Shown: one piece after another, positions 1-14,989 of the stretch
Layout of the letters: the number at the start of each line of letters is the position of its first letter
How positions within the stretch are numbered: position 1 is the first letter of the stretch
NCBI RefSeq assembly: GCF_006345805.1
Contig: NC_042998.1
Location: 180,358,001-180,422,000, forward strand
DNA: 64,000 nucleotides
Direction: 5' to 3'
Source: Octopus sinensis
Lineage: Eukaryota
Translations under genes and position numbers: made by a program
The notes under the pieces: generated by a model
What the model was told of the DNA's origin: nothing
The model's input: the letters and a program-made list of their open reading frames with translations, nothing else
The model's database searches: none

Positions 1-1945
1 TAATCGCATGATCTTTGAGAACTGCCATAACAAGCGCAGAAATCTTAGCTCTTCATGGATTGATTATAAAAAAACCTTTGACAGTATACCACATTTGTGG
101 ATTCTGAAATCGCTGGACATTTTCAAAATTTCTCCTGTGATTTCAGATTTTTAAAAAAAGTATAATATACTTTTTTTTAAAAAGTATAATATAATTGGAA
201 CTCGAAGTTCCAATTATATCATTCTGATGGAGTATTACGCTCAGACAATATTAGCATAAACTGTGACATTTTCCAAGGTGACTCACTTTCACCACTAATT
301 TACTGCATAGCTCTAATTCCACTCTAAAGTGAACTGAATAGAACAGGATATAGCTAAAAAATTGACAAGAAAATAAGCCATCTATTTTATATGGATGATT
401 TAAAACTATATGGCAAAGATGATGAAGAGCTTCAAGGACTACTACATACTGTGAAAGGATTCAGTGATGATATCGAGATGGAGTTTGGCATTGAAAAGTG
501 TGCCAAAGCCACTTTTAAGAAAGAGAAATTTGTAAAGTCAAGTTCAATCGAATTAGATGTTGAAACAGTAATAAAGGAACTTGAGCAGAAATATACCTAT
601 AAATAACTAGAAATAAATGAAGGCTGTGGTATTCGGCATGCAAGCATGAAAGAGAAGGTTAGGAAGAAATGTTATAGAAGAGTTGGAGCAGTCCTGAAGT
701 CTGAGCTGAATGCATACAATAAGGTGTTAGCCATAAATTCCTTAGCAGTCCCAGTTGTTCTTTATAGCTTCAATGTGCTTAACTGGAATACCAGTGAAGT
801 AATGAAAATTGATAGAAACATCGGAAAGCTACTCACTTGTAATAAGATACACCATCCAAAGGCAGACGTGGATCGTATTTACCTTCCCAGAGCTCAGGGA
901 GGTCGAGGCATGATCCTGCGTGAACTTACGTACAAAAGCACCACAATCGGACTGGCCAAATACCTTGAAACAACCAACGATCGGATGCTAAAACTTGTTG
1001 AAAAACATGAAAGACTGAAAAAAATTCGCTTTATTCTGAAAGAGAGCCAAAAGTTCGCTACTGATTTTTTAGATACCTACCAGATTGATCAGGTTGTAGG
1101 AAATGCGCCAACTGCTGTTGCAAAGAAAATAAAATTAATTGCAAAGACAAAAGCACATGAAAAATTAGCGAGCAGATGGGAACAGAAACCTCTGCAGGGC
1201 AAGTATGTGGCCCGTAGCAAACAAGCTGATGTCGACCAGAAACACACGCATCAATGGTTACAAAGCTCAGGACGAAAAGCAGAGAGTGAAGGTTTCATAT
1301 TAGCTGATCAAGACCAAAGCTTATTAATCCGGAGATACCAAGCCAATGTGATAAAAATGGAGCTGACCCAATATGCCGATTCTGTAACGATGAGATTGAA
1401 ACTATAGACCACCTAATCTAAGGGTGTAGAGTCTTAGCACCTGTAGAATATAAAGCAAGACATGACAGAGTCGGTCAGTATTTACACTGGACAATATGTC
1501 GGCATTATACGTAAATCAAAACCACTGACAAATGGTATAAACACCATCCTGAAGCTGTGGCTGAGGTAGAAAATGTTTCGACTCTCAGGGACTTCCCCGT
1601 ACATATCGACAAAACTATAAATTCGAATAAACCGGATATTATTATAAAAGATCAGACAAAAAAGGTGTGTTTATTAATTGACATGAGTATTCTATGCGAT
1701 CACAATATAGCGGCGAAAGAATTTGACAAGATCAGTAAATATAAAGACTCGCTAATAGAAATTGAAAAAATGTGGCATCTCAAGGTGGCTACAGTACCAG
1801 TGATTGTAGGATCTCTAGGAATGATAACAAAAAGGTACTGAAACCTATTTGAAAATGATACCAGGCTTAACATCCCTACAGGAAGTGCAAAAAGTCGTGT
1901 TAACTCGAACGACTCATGTACTGAGAAAAGCATTATCGCTGTGAA
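1..1945 (+). mobile_element. R4/Dong-like non-LTR retrotransposon, 3' ~2 kb (RT, CCHC knuckle, restriction-like endonuclease), decayed
   Basis: WIDYKKTFDSIPH near nt 55; FQGDSLSP near 270; YMDDLKLY at 388; CRFCNDEIETIDHLI from 1374; KPDIIIKD...LIDMSI RLE core in ORF 1557-1841. Several stops and frameshifts. Confidence 0.9.
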
Positions 1946-2094
1946 AACAACATCTATTCATGAATTTATTTATTTCTTAATTTTTTTTTTTTAATACATA
2001 TTTTACCTGTGAATTTGCGCGTGTAGTCTGGGAATGCATACAATGAGCTTCTCTGCTCTAGTTATACGGAAACACTCGGCGAAAAATGGAAGGA

Positions 2095-2140
2095 AAATAA
2101 TAATAATAAAAATAAAAATAAAAATAAAAATAATAATAGC

Positions 2141-2221
<81 letters not shown>

Positions 2222-2225
2222 AATA

Positions 2226-2266
<41 letters not shown>
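2095..2266. repeat. (AAT)n/(GAT)n compound microsatellite
   Basis: Direct reading; it generates the poly-I/M/S/L ORFs in the track. Confidence 0.95.
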
Positions 2267-2267
<1 letters not shown>

Positions 2268-3340
2268 GTAGCGTGCGGAAAAAATAACTGAAGAAAATAT
2301 GAAGTGAAATTAACAAAGAAAGAAACTAAATACAATTTATCTAAAGCTCTAAGTATCTCATGAAGTTTATATCGATTTATAGGATATCGATGCAGAGAAA
2401 CCAACGTATTTACACATGTGACTCACTTGTTGATTAATACTCGGTTTCGTTTCAGAGTTTTCAATGAAATCTGAGTAACTTTTCAATTTTCTAAAGCAAT
2501 CATATCATTATATTCAAGGAAGTGTGTAGAGCATAGGATTTTATTTTCAATTCATTCCGCATCATAGAAACGAAAAACAAACGTGTGAAGACGCCCCCAA
2601 ATACTTACAGTAATTAAACAAAGGATTTATATAATAATCGGTTTGCGAATATACGATATAAGCTTCAAATTATTCGTATTTCAGATACCGTCCGTGTAAA
2701 GACGATATCAGAAATGAGAATTATTTCAGCTTTATACACATATGATGTATTAACCAACTGCTTATTAGTCGAATCTTGTGTTTAATTACTGGAAATCAAC
2801 CAAAAATTAATTGTTCCATTGTTTATTAATCTTTGTCCAAAGTGTGTAATCTAATGGTATTTCTAGCATCAAATTTTATTCATTTTTCATTTCCTATTGT
2901 TCAAATTCGGCTCCTTAATCAATAGAAATAGCTTAGAGTACTAACAGAATAGCGTTTTGTTTTTATTAATTGGAAAATTTACATAATTGTAACGTGTTCG
3001 TGTGAATTCCGGTAGTTAGATTTGTTTAGTTCTGCCTGATAAAGCTATCTGGTCGTAAAAATGAGACTGGTGGTGGTGGGCTTGGAGGGCAATCTGATAT
3101 TTTTCGTCTGATTATATTTACCGTTCTCATAAAACGATAATTGTTCTGCTGCCATTTTAATTTACTGGATATCATTAAACACACAACGGTTGCTGTCAAT
3201 TAACCTTTTTCGAACATTTCTAGGAATCATTCCTCTTCCCTCGTTCCCTGTCCATCCTCTATCTATTGGAAGAATTGAAAGAATGAAAGAATTGATTTGG
3301 TTTTACCATTCGATAACTGGTCAAGGAAAACAAATATAAT

Positions 3341-3345
3341 TGCTC

Positions 3346-3395
<50 letters not shown>

Positions 3396-3400
3396 ATATG

Positions 3401-3470
<70 letters not shown>

Positions 3471-3540
3471 ATACATACATACATACATATATATATGCAT
3501 ATGCACATACACGAACAGACAGACAGGCGTATATATATGT
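3341..3540. repeat. (TA)n/(TG)n compound microsatellite
   Basis: Direct reading. Confidence 0.95.
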
Positions 3541-4509
3541 AAAGTCACTTTAGAAGAAGTAAATTACACACAAAACAAAGAAGATACACACACGGACACA
3601 CGCATGCACCTACATACACATGCATTAACTACATAAATATAGGGAAGGCGTTTCGATAGTCGATTGAATGAAATAATACATTGACAGACGAAGTTTCAGT
3701 TACTGTATCGATTAGCTTGACTATAATGTCTTGGAAGCTGCGGTATTTCACGAGATGTGAGTGTGCTTAAGAAACAACCGCATTTTTCTATACTGTCAAT
3801 TCAGTCACACGAAATTTAACGATTTCCTGGGCAAAGGGTAAAGAAATAAAAACTAAAAACGCAGAAACTATGAAGATAATGCAATTGAAAACCCTATAAT
3901 GTTACAGCGAAGCTATCGATGACTCAGCCAAAGCTAATTAAGATAGACTCGAATCCTATATTGGAAAATACTTCGTTCTTGGTTCCGTTCACTATCTTTC
4001 TACCGATTTTTTTTTCTGTAGTGTTTCTAGCAGTAAGTCTGCTGTAAGTATATAGTTACCCGTGTTATTTAACTAACTATGATATATATTTTATGTATTG
4101 CAACTGTGATCTACTTATCAGTTTTCTGTCTGTCTGTCAGAATAGAGAAGCAGTAAACAAGCTCTGAAGAGTTTTCAAACTTAGGCTGAAGACCAACTAA
4201 AATAATGATGTAGCACAAATATATATAGCGTTATCACATAACATAATGTGAAATGCAATGATGCAATCGATGGTTCGCCGCTGTATGATGTTATAGACAC
4301 CTAGTAAAAAGTTGCAGGCTTAAATCCGGTTGGTGATAGTGTCTGAATATATATATTTCTCCTTATTACCCCACACCCTCTCTTTATTCCTCTTGCTTCT
4401 TCTTACCACTTAAGGCATGCCAAAATGTCCACTCACATACACACACACACACACGTATATATATAACGTATACATATATATATATAACGAGAGAAAGGGA
4501 GGGTGATAA

Positions 4510-4690
<181 letters not shown>

Positions 4691-4692
4691 AA

Positions 4693-4965
4693 ATTACAGT
4701 TCAATGAGAAGGAATGTGCAATCAAGGTTTCGAATGGAAGAGTGCCAAATACAGAAAGTTTTGCAAAATTGCAGGGCGAAGGGATTGTAGGCATGGTTAT
4801 CCCTAGTCGAGTTCAGCTGCAGAAGATCCCCAGACCAGTTGAAATGGAGAATGTTTGCAATCATTGGATTGTTGGAGTGACAGGAAAGAGAGAGAATTAA
4901 AAGGGAAGGCAGCAAAAAAAAAGGCAAAAAAGCGTCTTATTGATTATGGAGTAAGAGAAACAAAT
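4693..4965 (+). mobile_element. HERO-like (R2 superfamily) LINE 3' end, RLE C-terminus remnant
   Basis: Frameshifted translation ITVQ*EGMC..KSAKY / CRAKGL*AWLSLVEFSCR..WRMF / GVTGKRE / ASY*LWSKR resembles the recalled C-terminal pattern of HERO-type elements (LTVPWE..KYxxL..CR.KGW..VEVGCRG..ASxWLW). Confidence 0.6.
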
Positions 4966-5164
4966 AGAAAGACGGAGGAGAAAAATTGGCTACTTGGGGA
5001 AAACTGCTGTCGATTCACCAACTGGAGAGTGTTACAGTTCAGGATCGAAAACTTTGTGAGCATAAAACGCCATCTGATCACACTAACGTCTGCTGGACAA
5101 TACTACAATCGCCTTCGGTGAATGGAGGAAAAGCATCTTTTCCTATTATGTTTCTTTTTCTTGA

Positions 5165-5935
5165 CATCAACACCCACGTTTTCTGCTACAACAATGCCTT
5201 AATCAAATCATTTGTTTCTGTGATGTTGTTTGTTCTGATATATTTCAGAATTTCATTGACAATTTTCTATTCCTGGTTCAATTTCCACCGATCAACCTTT
5301 TTAAGGTTGCAAATAATGCCGCTACCGTTCCCCTGTAGTCTTGCCTTTATTCCGTCGTAGATTGCCTTTTGTTCATCTTTCATGTCACCATTAGTTTTAT
5401 TGTCTTCTTTCAGATCATCTATATATCTCTCATCAAGTAAAATACCACTGCTCCATTCCTGTGCTACAATATTACTTTTATTAGTAAGAACTGTATTTTC
5501 ATCGATATCTCGGTTGCTGTTTTCCAATACCTGCCTTTTGATAGCTACGTGCTCTACTTCTGTGAACCAACGATTATTTCTTATTGTTCTAGCGTGATCA
5601 CATAATTTCTGATCCGTGATTTGAAACAATCCCTTTTCTCTCCAATGATCATACATACGTTGTCGGTAGCCCCTAATTTGCGCACAATTTTCACCTACAG
5701 GGTTGCTCAGGTAGTAACACTCCATGACCACAACGTTAATTTGCTTGCTCCATCTACGCCGTGTGTAGTGGTTCCTTTCTGGATATCAACAGGCTTCAGT
5801 TTCATTACCATTGTTATTCACAATATTTTGTTTTTTCATTGTTGCTCATATGAGGTAGCGATTATCAGGTTGCACAATTATTAGTGTTTTTATTGTGACA
5901 CCATCACTAGATGTATCATTAATAAGAACATGGGG
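5165..5935 (-). mobile_element. 5' part (N-terminal domain) of an R4/Dong-like LINE
   Basis: ORF 5267-5731 CYYLSNP..GYRQRMYDHWREKGLFQITDQKLCDHARTIR, continuing through a stop as NEILKYIRTNNITETNDLIKA; typical R4/Dong N-terminus; abuts a (TAT)n tract. Confidence 0.7.
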
Positions 5936-5936
5936 A

Positions 5937-6011
<75 letters not shown>

Positions 6012-6039
6012 CATTATTATTATTATTATTTATTATTAA

Positions 6040-6252
6040 GGCGGAGAGCTGGCAGAATACTTAGCACACCAGACGAAATGCGTAGCGGTATACCGTCTGC
6101 CGCTAGGTTCTGAGTTCAAACTCTGCCGATGTCGACTGTAAGTTCCATCATTTCGAGGTCGATAAATCAAGTATCAGCTGAGTACAGGGGTCAATGTAAT
6201 CCACTTTCCCCTTCACCCAAATGTCAAGCTTTGTGCCTATACTAGAAGGGAT
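6040..6252 (+). mobile_element. tRNA-derived SINE, type A (GGCGGxGAGCTGGCAGAA head)
   Basis: A-box-like head and GAGTTCAAA B-box-like motif; body homologous to copies at 13.8-14.2, 18.9, 30.2 and 57.2-57.6 kb. Confidence 0.8.
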
Positions 6253-6583
6253 CATTATTTTTGTTGTTGTTGTTGTTTTTGTTATTATTGTCATCATTAT
6301 TGATGTAATTCATAATCTAATCCTTCTAGTCGCTAGGAGGAGATTATCTTATAATTAAAAGTACATAGGTTCTATTTTGTTTATTTTTTTTATTTTTTCC
6401 TTTTTGCTCCATTATCAAGTTACAAGTTTTCATCGCATTACTAAATGCTGGACTGCTATGTTCTTAATGAACTTATCATTCCAATATCTGAATCAACTTA
6501 CATATCATTTTACTCGAAGAATATAGAATTTCGAAAGGATTGGTTTTATACGAAATATTGATATTACTTTTTTAATTTCTTGC

Positions 6584-6634
<51 letters not shown>

Positions 6635-6647
6635 TTTATTATTATTA

Positions 6648-6705
<58 letters not shown>

Positions 6706-6742
6706 CAGTAGTTGTATTTTTTATAGCGTGCTTTCACTTCAC

Positions 6743-6811
<69 letters not shown>

Positions 6812-7649
6812 TGTTTGAAATGAAAATAACTTCCTGAATGTTTTCCATAATTATTCGGAAATATATTCGGTTCAATCTGATCCATTTTCCGAAAATAATT
6901 TATTTACTCGATTAGAATAGTATCAATAACCAACATTTCTTGATTTTTATTTATTTTTTTTTATTAATAAGAGCAACGAAAAATTTTTATGTTATCTACA
7001 TGAAACATTATATCAGCGAAAACACATTAAATTGTTCCAGTTGACTTTTATGTTCTCGGAGCCATTGATCTCACCGTTAAATGCGATAGTAACGGAAGAG
7101 ACAACTGGTAATTTCTGAAAATTTTTGTTCCATACTAAACAAGTTGGAATGGATTTTGCTAACGTTATTTTATAAACACAGCTGTGCTTTTAGATGTTAA
7201 AGTCGAAGGAGCGTATAATTCTGGCAAGTAAGATCAGTTTGAGTGTGCCCAGCAGACCAATGCAAAAAAAATGATTACCTACACATTACTGCTTGCTATA
7301 TTGCAGGCAAAGGACTGTTTATGTTTATTGTGACTGAAAACAATGATGTGTATACACATTTACGCACTCATGGAAATGTTCACGCAGTATAAATAAACAG
7401 ATTTTATATAACTATCCCAGCCTCACATACTTTGTCTCTTGCTTTCTGTCTGTCTGTCTCTCTCTTTCTCTCTCTCTTTATATATATACATATATATATA
7501 TATAGATAGATAGATAGATATATATATATATGTATGTATATATGTATATATATATATATGTATGTATATATATAGATACATACATACATACATATATATA
7601 AATACATACACATAAATATTTATATGTGTGTGTGTGAACGTGTGTATGC

Positions 7650-7688
<39 letters not shown>

Positions 7689-8615
7689 TACCCACACACA
7701 CACTCACAAACATATTTACATATATATTTTTATGTGTCTGTGTATGTGCGTGGGTGTTTACATAGTTATATATACACATCCAAAAAAGTTTATTAATATA
7801 TATGTGTATATGCGTATTCGATGGCAAATCCAGTACTTTTCCTTGATGCTTTGGCTCGCTTCTGAGCAGCGCCTACACTGAGTTCTACCGCCGCTGGAAC
7901 GGAATATTTCTCTCCGTCGCTCTCTTCGAAAGACTCGATAAATTATGAGAACTTTCTGAATAAGGGATCAGGAGAATATGCTTGCTCTATAGGGTACATT
8001 CGGCTTCAGCTGTTTGGACTCCTGCTCTAAACTATGATTGCCCTATAATGTTAATTTTTTCAGTGTTGCTGCCCAAAGCAGATTGTGTCAATGAAAACAT
8101 CGCTTAAAGTAGTGAAATCCCTTTCGAAGATGCTTGAGGAACTGGCAAAAGACCTGAGCACCGTGAATTATACCACTCCTCGTGTAAGATTGTTCCAAAA
8201 ATGTCACCCACCCCATCTAGAATACAGCACTAGCGTAAGATTCAAAGACCTACAGCAATTCAATAACTTGCTACCACAAAATCTGAGAGAGCTGCATGGA
8301 GTGAGGATAAATTGTATTCAAGAAGCACGTTGGCCGTCTGTTGTCCAAGATGGTAGACAAACCTACATCATTGGAACAAACTCAACCGAGGGCATGAGTA
8401 TCAAATTCTCTCATTCAATAAAATTCAACTGATTGAAAATAGCAATTGAAAAGGTGATGATACTGACGGTGCCCAAGCATGGCCACGGCTTGTGGCCGAA
8501 ACTCATGAAAGAATAAAAGTTGAAGAATGTACATATATATATACACACATGTATATATATATACACACACACACATGTATGTATATGTATCTGTATATAT
8601 GTATATGTATTTAAG

Positions 8616-8861
8616 TTGTTTGTTCCTTCTCGAACCACGCCTGGCTTGTAAGGGCCAGTTTACCGGCTTTATTTGCGTATAGCTTCCCCACCTGGAGGGG
8701 ACGCCGGTCCGTCGCAGGTAAGCTGCTAGATGCATGAAGATAGAGTGAGGGAATGTTGTAGCGCAAGAGTCAGCAGAAGTTTGCCTTTAGCCACGTGGAG
8801 CTTCAGTGTTTTGCTCATAAACACACACATCGCCCGGTCTGAGATTCGAATCCGTGAGTCC
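8616..8861 (-). mobile_element. tRNA-derived SINE, type B body with a third tail variant, 5'-truncated
   Basis: Minus strand GGACTC..TTCGAATCTCAGACCGGGCGATGTGTGTG..GAGCAAAACACTGAAGCTCCACG matches the heads and bodies at 17596 and 34059; the tail differs. Confidence 0.65.
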
Positions 8862-9550
8862 AAGTAACTGCAGAATGTGTGGCGATGGACAAGAAACAAT
8901 AAATCATATTATCTCTGGCTGCCCAGTCCTGGCTAAGAAGGAATATATTCACAGACATGACAAAGTTGGGACCTACATACACTGGAAGCTATGCCAACAT
9001 TATGGAATAACAACAGAAAAAAGATGGTATAGGCACACACCAGAAAAGGTCACAGAAAACGTGAAAGCAACCATACTCTTGGATATGCCAACACACACAG
9101 ATAGAGAAATTAAGGCCAACAGACCAGATATAGTTGTCAGAGATCATGAAGAAAAAAATGCTTTCTAATTGATGTATTAATACCAGCAGATGACAACGTG
9201 TCTCTAAAAGAAATGGAGAAACTTTCAAAATACAAAGACCTGGAAATAGAGGTAACCAGAACGTAGAATCTAAAAACAGAAACAATTCCTATTATAGTAG
9301 GTGCATTAGGCATGATAAAAAATATTCAGACAAATACATAACAAAAACACCAGGACTTACAAACACATATAACATACAGAAAATTGCACTACTAGGCACT
9401 GCACACATCCTACGCAGAACACTTTCCATACAATAACCATCAGAGCATCACAACAAATCACAGTACATACTCAAGGCACACAGAGCTGCGCTCGGTAGTT
9501 AAGTGAAAGCACGCTATAAAAATAAAACTACTTAATAATAATAATAATAA
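8860..9550 (+). mobile_element. R4/Dong-like LINE 3' end with (TAA)n tail, 5'-truncated
   Basis: CRMCGDGQETINHIISGC knuckle; ANRPDIVVRD and LIDV RLE motifs; TAHILRRTLS end; 3' UTR then TAA repeats. Confidence 0.9.
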
Positions 9551-9903
9551 CAATACTATGTGTATATGTACACACATACACATATATATGCATATATGGG
9601 TAGAGGATGTCACAAACCGTAAATAACATGAAATACGAAATCAAAAGAGTTGAATACAGAAACAACGAGAGAAACAAATGGAAAAGAGGACATAAAGTAA
9701 CATAAATAACGAGCCTCAGTCAGTTCTCGACTGATCATCTACTCATTTCGAGCATTGAACGACAGCCTCATATGCATATATATGTATATGTGTGTACATA
9801 TACACATATATGCATATATATATTATTTATATTATTATATGTTTGAACATATATATATATATAATTATATATATACATATATATATATATTATATATATT
9901 ATA

Positions 9904-9971
<68 letters not shown>

Positions 9972-10065
9972 CTATTTAAAAGTAGGATAAAATCTTTATA
10001 AGAATTTATCTTACGTATATAAATATGTGATTCATATATGGAAGTAGATATATATATATATATAT

Positions 10066-10158
<93 letters not shown>

Positions 10159-10521
10159 ACCTTTACGAAAGAAGTAACTGATTCTCACGAAATGCAAACT
10201 CAATTAGGTATAGGAATGAAGTCGACTCTCTCTTTCTCTATTTCGCTGATGAAGTGTCACAAGAATGCCACCATTTTGCTTTTTGCCTTATATTTGGAGA
10301 CGATTTTCTCCAAGTTTGCTGAAACTCGATGCAATGGCTCCGAGGTATAACATAAAGGTAATTGGCTTCAATATTTGTTTCTCAATTTAGTTACTGCAGT
10401 TATCTGTCTTGTACAGGATTTTGGAAAGTACTACTTTGTAATACTAGCAGATTTAATGATTTATACTTGTTTTGAAAAATATTATTTTATATGCCTTCTC
10501 GCATTGTCCCCACCTCTCTGC

Positions 10522-10647
<126 letters not shown>

Positions 10648-12687
10648 TTATATATATATTATATATATATATATACATATATCTATCTATCTGTCTATCT
10701 TTTCATCTATTTATACATACACATGTATGTCTGTATGCAAGTATTTATTTCTCTATTGTTCGTTGTTATATGTATTTGTATACATAGTGAATATTATTGT
10801 TTTCCGTTCACGTATATTATATTAAGCACAAGACAGTTTTTGAGTGTTATCCTTTATATTAAATTGGCTTTCATATTTCGTTAATAATCCGTTACATTTA
10901 GTCTATAAAAATACCGTTTCTAAATACTTTGACTCCATCAACATTAAAAGGTCCTTGTAGTATAATCATAATGGCGGGTTTTTCGTAGGATTTGCTGTTA
11001 GAAGAAAAGGATAGTTGTGAAGCTATAACTGATGAAACCACAGCCAAATTTTTTATAATTACTCACTGGTTATGTCCATTTAGATTTTTATATAATATAT
11101 TGTACGTGTGATCCATTTGTGTTGAATTTCGCCCAGTATTTTGCTATTAAAAATATTCCCATAGTTATTCTCATTTATTATAATATTCTGTATAATATGT
11201 AATACTGTCAATTAATATCATTTTTTTAATTGTCTTCTGTATTATGATGAGTTACCAAAGTTCCTTGTTACCAAGTTCCATGAAAGTGTATACACAAATG
11301 TGTCATACTTGTAAGTCAGATGTTAGAGTTTGATTAAAGAACCTTACAACAATTCTAATTGCTTATATAAAGAGCCAAAACGATTGCTTATATATACGCA
11401 GTGAGAATGAATGTATCCATTGATACAAAATATCGTTGATCAAATCCCTACTTACACGAGATTTTATATTTTCATCCAGTGAAATTCTTTAAGCAAAGAT
11501 ATTTTGTGACTAAAACCAACATTACTTCATATCACGCACACTCATAGGTTAGTAGACAAGGCTACAGAACAATAGGAGAACAAATTTATGTGAGCAGAAA
11601 ATGGATATTTGAGAAGCTGTAACTGATGAAATCACAGCACAAATTTTAATAATTACACAATCGTTGTGTCCATGTAGATTTTTATATAATATATTTTACG
11701 TGTGATGCATTACCCACCAAAAACACACAAACGATATTTTCATGATTTCGAAGTCACTAAAGAAACAGAAAATAGTTTGGTTTCGAATTCAGAACGAAGA
11801 CTTATAAACCAATACATTGTTAGTCTAGTAACCTACTGTTTCAAATCCCCGACCATGAAAATAAGATGTTTGCTGTTGTGGAACATGAAATGTAGTGATG
11901 GTCATCACTCTCTTAATAAGATTAGTGACATAGGTGATAGAAAATATCACAATGCAAAAACTGAAAACGTATTACTTTTCGACGCGCCCAGATTATCACA
12001 TGCTCTACAAAGTTCGTCTCATAACATTCTTAATTTATGAAAAATAATGTCGTTTATTTTGAAATTTTGTTGTTAGCCAAAATATTTTCGAGAATTGCAA
12101 TTTCAAGCTTGATAAAAGAAAAAAGTTAATAGTAGCATTCTTTCATTTTATTTAATTTCATTGGATAAAAGCATCGATTTTATTGATGAGCTGATAAGTT
12201 TATGCTACAATTTTCTATTAATTTTTTTTCTCTAAATCAATTATAAATTTTGCATTTTCATAGAAAGTCTTATTCTTAACGATTGATCCTTTCGTGTACT
12301 TGAGAAAGCCTTAAAACGCTTTTCTTAAATATCACTGCAAAAAAATGGTTGCAGATTGTTTCATTAAATACGTCATAACCCCTGTAAACCATTCATGAGC
12401 GAAATGTAATTGATAAATAGAAATGGAAAAAGCGTAATGTTATATGATATAATGTAATATCTTATAATGTACATTGATAAAAATTTATTTCTCCAACTCG
12501 ATTAAGGAAAGCCTTTTCATATAAATTCATTTAATAAATGCATATCTACACCCCCACCCACAAACACACACATATACGCGCGCGCACACAGTCACACAGA
12601 CACACGCCCACACAAGCATACAAATGCGCGCACACACACAAGGGTACAGATGCGCTCGCACATGTACACATACATTTCTTTTTGTAG

Positions 12688-12737
12688 ACGCTGTGACTCA
12701 AAGGGTAAATTTCGTGAACAAGAGTTATTAAGGTTGG
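12688..12737 (+). other. candidate 50-nt internal exon
   Basis: Acceptor TTTCTTTTTGTAG, donor TGG|GTGAGT, one open frame (RCDSKGKFREQELLRL). Splice-site evidence only. Confidence 0.25.
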
Positions 12738-13814
12738 GTGAGTGTTACTTTTACTCCATTCTTAAGATTATTGCTACTTGTGCAGACATATTATATCTAG
12801 AAAACCTTTTCCTTTTATATTTTTCATTCTATTAAAACGTTGCGAAATTTGAAGGAGACATGTTTACTACTTCCAGCAAATGAAGTCACTACGTAGAAGC
12901 CTCATGAATTTTTGAATTTATGTCCAGGTTGTTACGAAATGTGTTACCTAGAAGGTATATTGCTGTCTTTTTTATTGCAATTTGTATCTTTAAGAATGTT
13001 AAATAAAGACATCTTTTTTCATTCTTTGTTTTCATTAAAGAATTTGGCCTTCCCATGTTCAGTTATCTCCTAGCACTTTCTAAAGAACACGAAAAGAATG
13101 GTGAGAAAAGAAGTATTTCTAAATACCAGAAAATCTTATTGTCTGCTCTCAACATTTCTATCACATGTTTACGAAGTGACGTCTTGTATATCTCCACCTC
13201 CTGGTTATTTTGAGGATCTTTTGATGGAATTCTCGATGAAAATTTCTTCGATATCTTTTTTACATTCTTTTTTTTTTTGTATTACTTTTCTTTATCCTAG
13301 TTCTTACCCCACTGTTTAGCTGCTTTGATGTAAATACATTCTGTATTCAAAACATATTTGAAGTAGAAAAAAATATCTACAGAGAAACGTCAAAATTGCA
13401 ATGAACTAAATAGATCTTCGTGACGTTGAGAGTGAGGAGGTTGGGGAAGGGGAAGGGGAAGGAGAAAGCAAAGGCGATTATGTGTTCGGTTTAACTTTTA
13501 TCTTTCTTCTTACTTTCTTTTTTTGACATAAGAGTGAGATGCGCTTCGTCTAAAGCTATTCATCACCTGTTGTACTTTTATAGAGAGAGAACATGTCTTC
13601 AATAATAAAATTAATAATGATTTTTGCTTTTCTGTTTGACACTTCTTTCACAAATATTTTTGGTAGGGGTTTGGGTCATTGGAAAATATATTGCTGGTAT
13701 CACAGAAAGATGCAGAGCAAAGGCAGTCCCTTATATATATACGAAGGAAGGCTAGTAATGCTTATACTTTGCAGTTGTGATTTCGACATTAATAATAACA
13801 TGTTTTTTCAGCTG

Positions 13815-14200
13815 TAGACACAAGGCCTAAAATATTTAGCAGGATGCATTCGATTACATTGACTCCAGAACTCAACTGATAATTAATTTTTAGATCTCGA
13901 AAGGCAAGACACGCTACGTCAACCTCGGTGGAATTTGAATTTTAGCTGAAATGTGGGGAGAAATGCCGCTAAGCATTTTGTCTGATGTGCTAACGATTCT
14001 GCCAGCGCGCTTACTTCTAATAATGGCTTCAAATTTTCGCACGAGGCCAGCAAGTTCGTTGGCGGGTGTAAATCGATTACATCGACCCCACTGTTTAACT
14101 GGTACTTACTTGAGAGACATCGAAAACTGAAAGGCAAAGTCGATTACTCAGAACGTTAAAAGCAGGAAGAAGTGCTGCTAACGGGTCTACCAGCTCGCCA
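13815..14200 (-). mobile_element. two decayed type A SINEs in tandem
   Basis: Reverse-complement similarity to 6040-6252. Confidence 0.65.
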
Positions 14201-14989
14201 GAAATATTTAGGAATGAAAGCGTTATATATTTTAGTGTGGATCGATTTTTATGATCAAATCAGCACGGTAGAATAATATTCTAAGTCTCCTTATATCGGT
14301 CTCCCACTGCCGAACTATCTGACTGTCTGAGATCTGTGTTTGTGTACGTGAGCTAACGCAGGTGAAGACTGGCCCTATGTCCCTGCGATGTTGTCAGGCT
14401 TTACAACTCCGTGTTAATAGCTTCACTACTTGACGTTATTCCGCCTATATTGTGCTCTAAAGGTAACAGCGAATCAGGATTCAAAGTTCACTTACAATGA
14501 CCCGGTCATTCAGGGGTCATTTCAGACTTGTAGTAAAATAATCCAAGAAGCATTGCATGCGGGAGCAAAGACAGTTTATATGCGATGCAGTAGAATACTG
14601 GAATCAAAGACGATTTTCCCAATGAAAGATCATTAAATCGATATTTCATAAGTATGAATAAATTGTTGTAGCAGCATGCTGCAAAAAGTAGCAAATTTCT
14701 AAAAACAGTATTGAGAGGAAGGAAAGTATCACAAGGAGAACATTGAGTAAATATAAAATATGCTGCTACGTAGGCAATATAATAGGGTTATGAAAGCCCG
14801 AGACTCTGAACAGTTATGAAACTAGTTCTGAAAGAGGAACCTGAAGCGTAGAATTTAAAGTTAACATTTGCAGTTCAGAATTTTTATATAATAGATGTAG
14901 CCATTCCAGGTAACTACTCTATAACTGGCAAAGAACCCGAGAAAACTGATAGGTATTTGGTGATTCTGTTAAAAATTTCAAGAAGTGCG

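Noticed and set aside
8085-8432. 115-aa ORF with GVRINCIQEARW, reminiscent of an APE endonuclease motif
   Set aside because: Only one short motif matches and neighbouring APE motifs were not found.
11702-12040. 112-aa ORF MMHYPPK..
   Set aside because: No recognisable motif or splice context; the length is borderline, and it starts at a GTG within a repeated segment.
14490-14680. Minus-strand segment with a good acceptor (TTTTTGCAG) and donor (GTAAGT)
   Set aside because: Stops in all three frames; at most a non-coding exon, with no other support.
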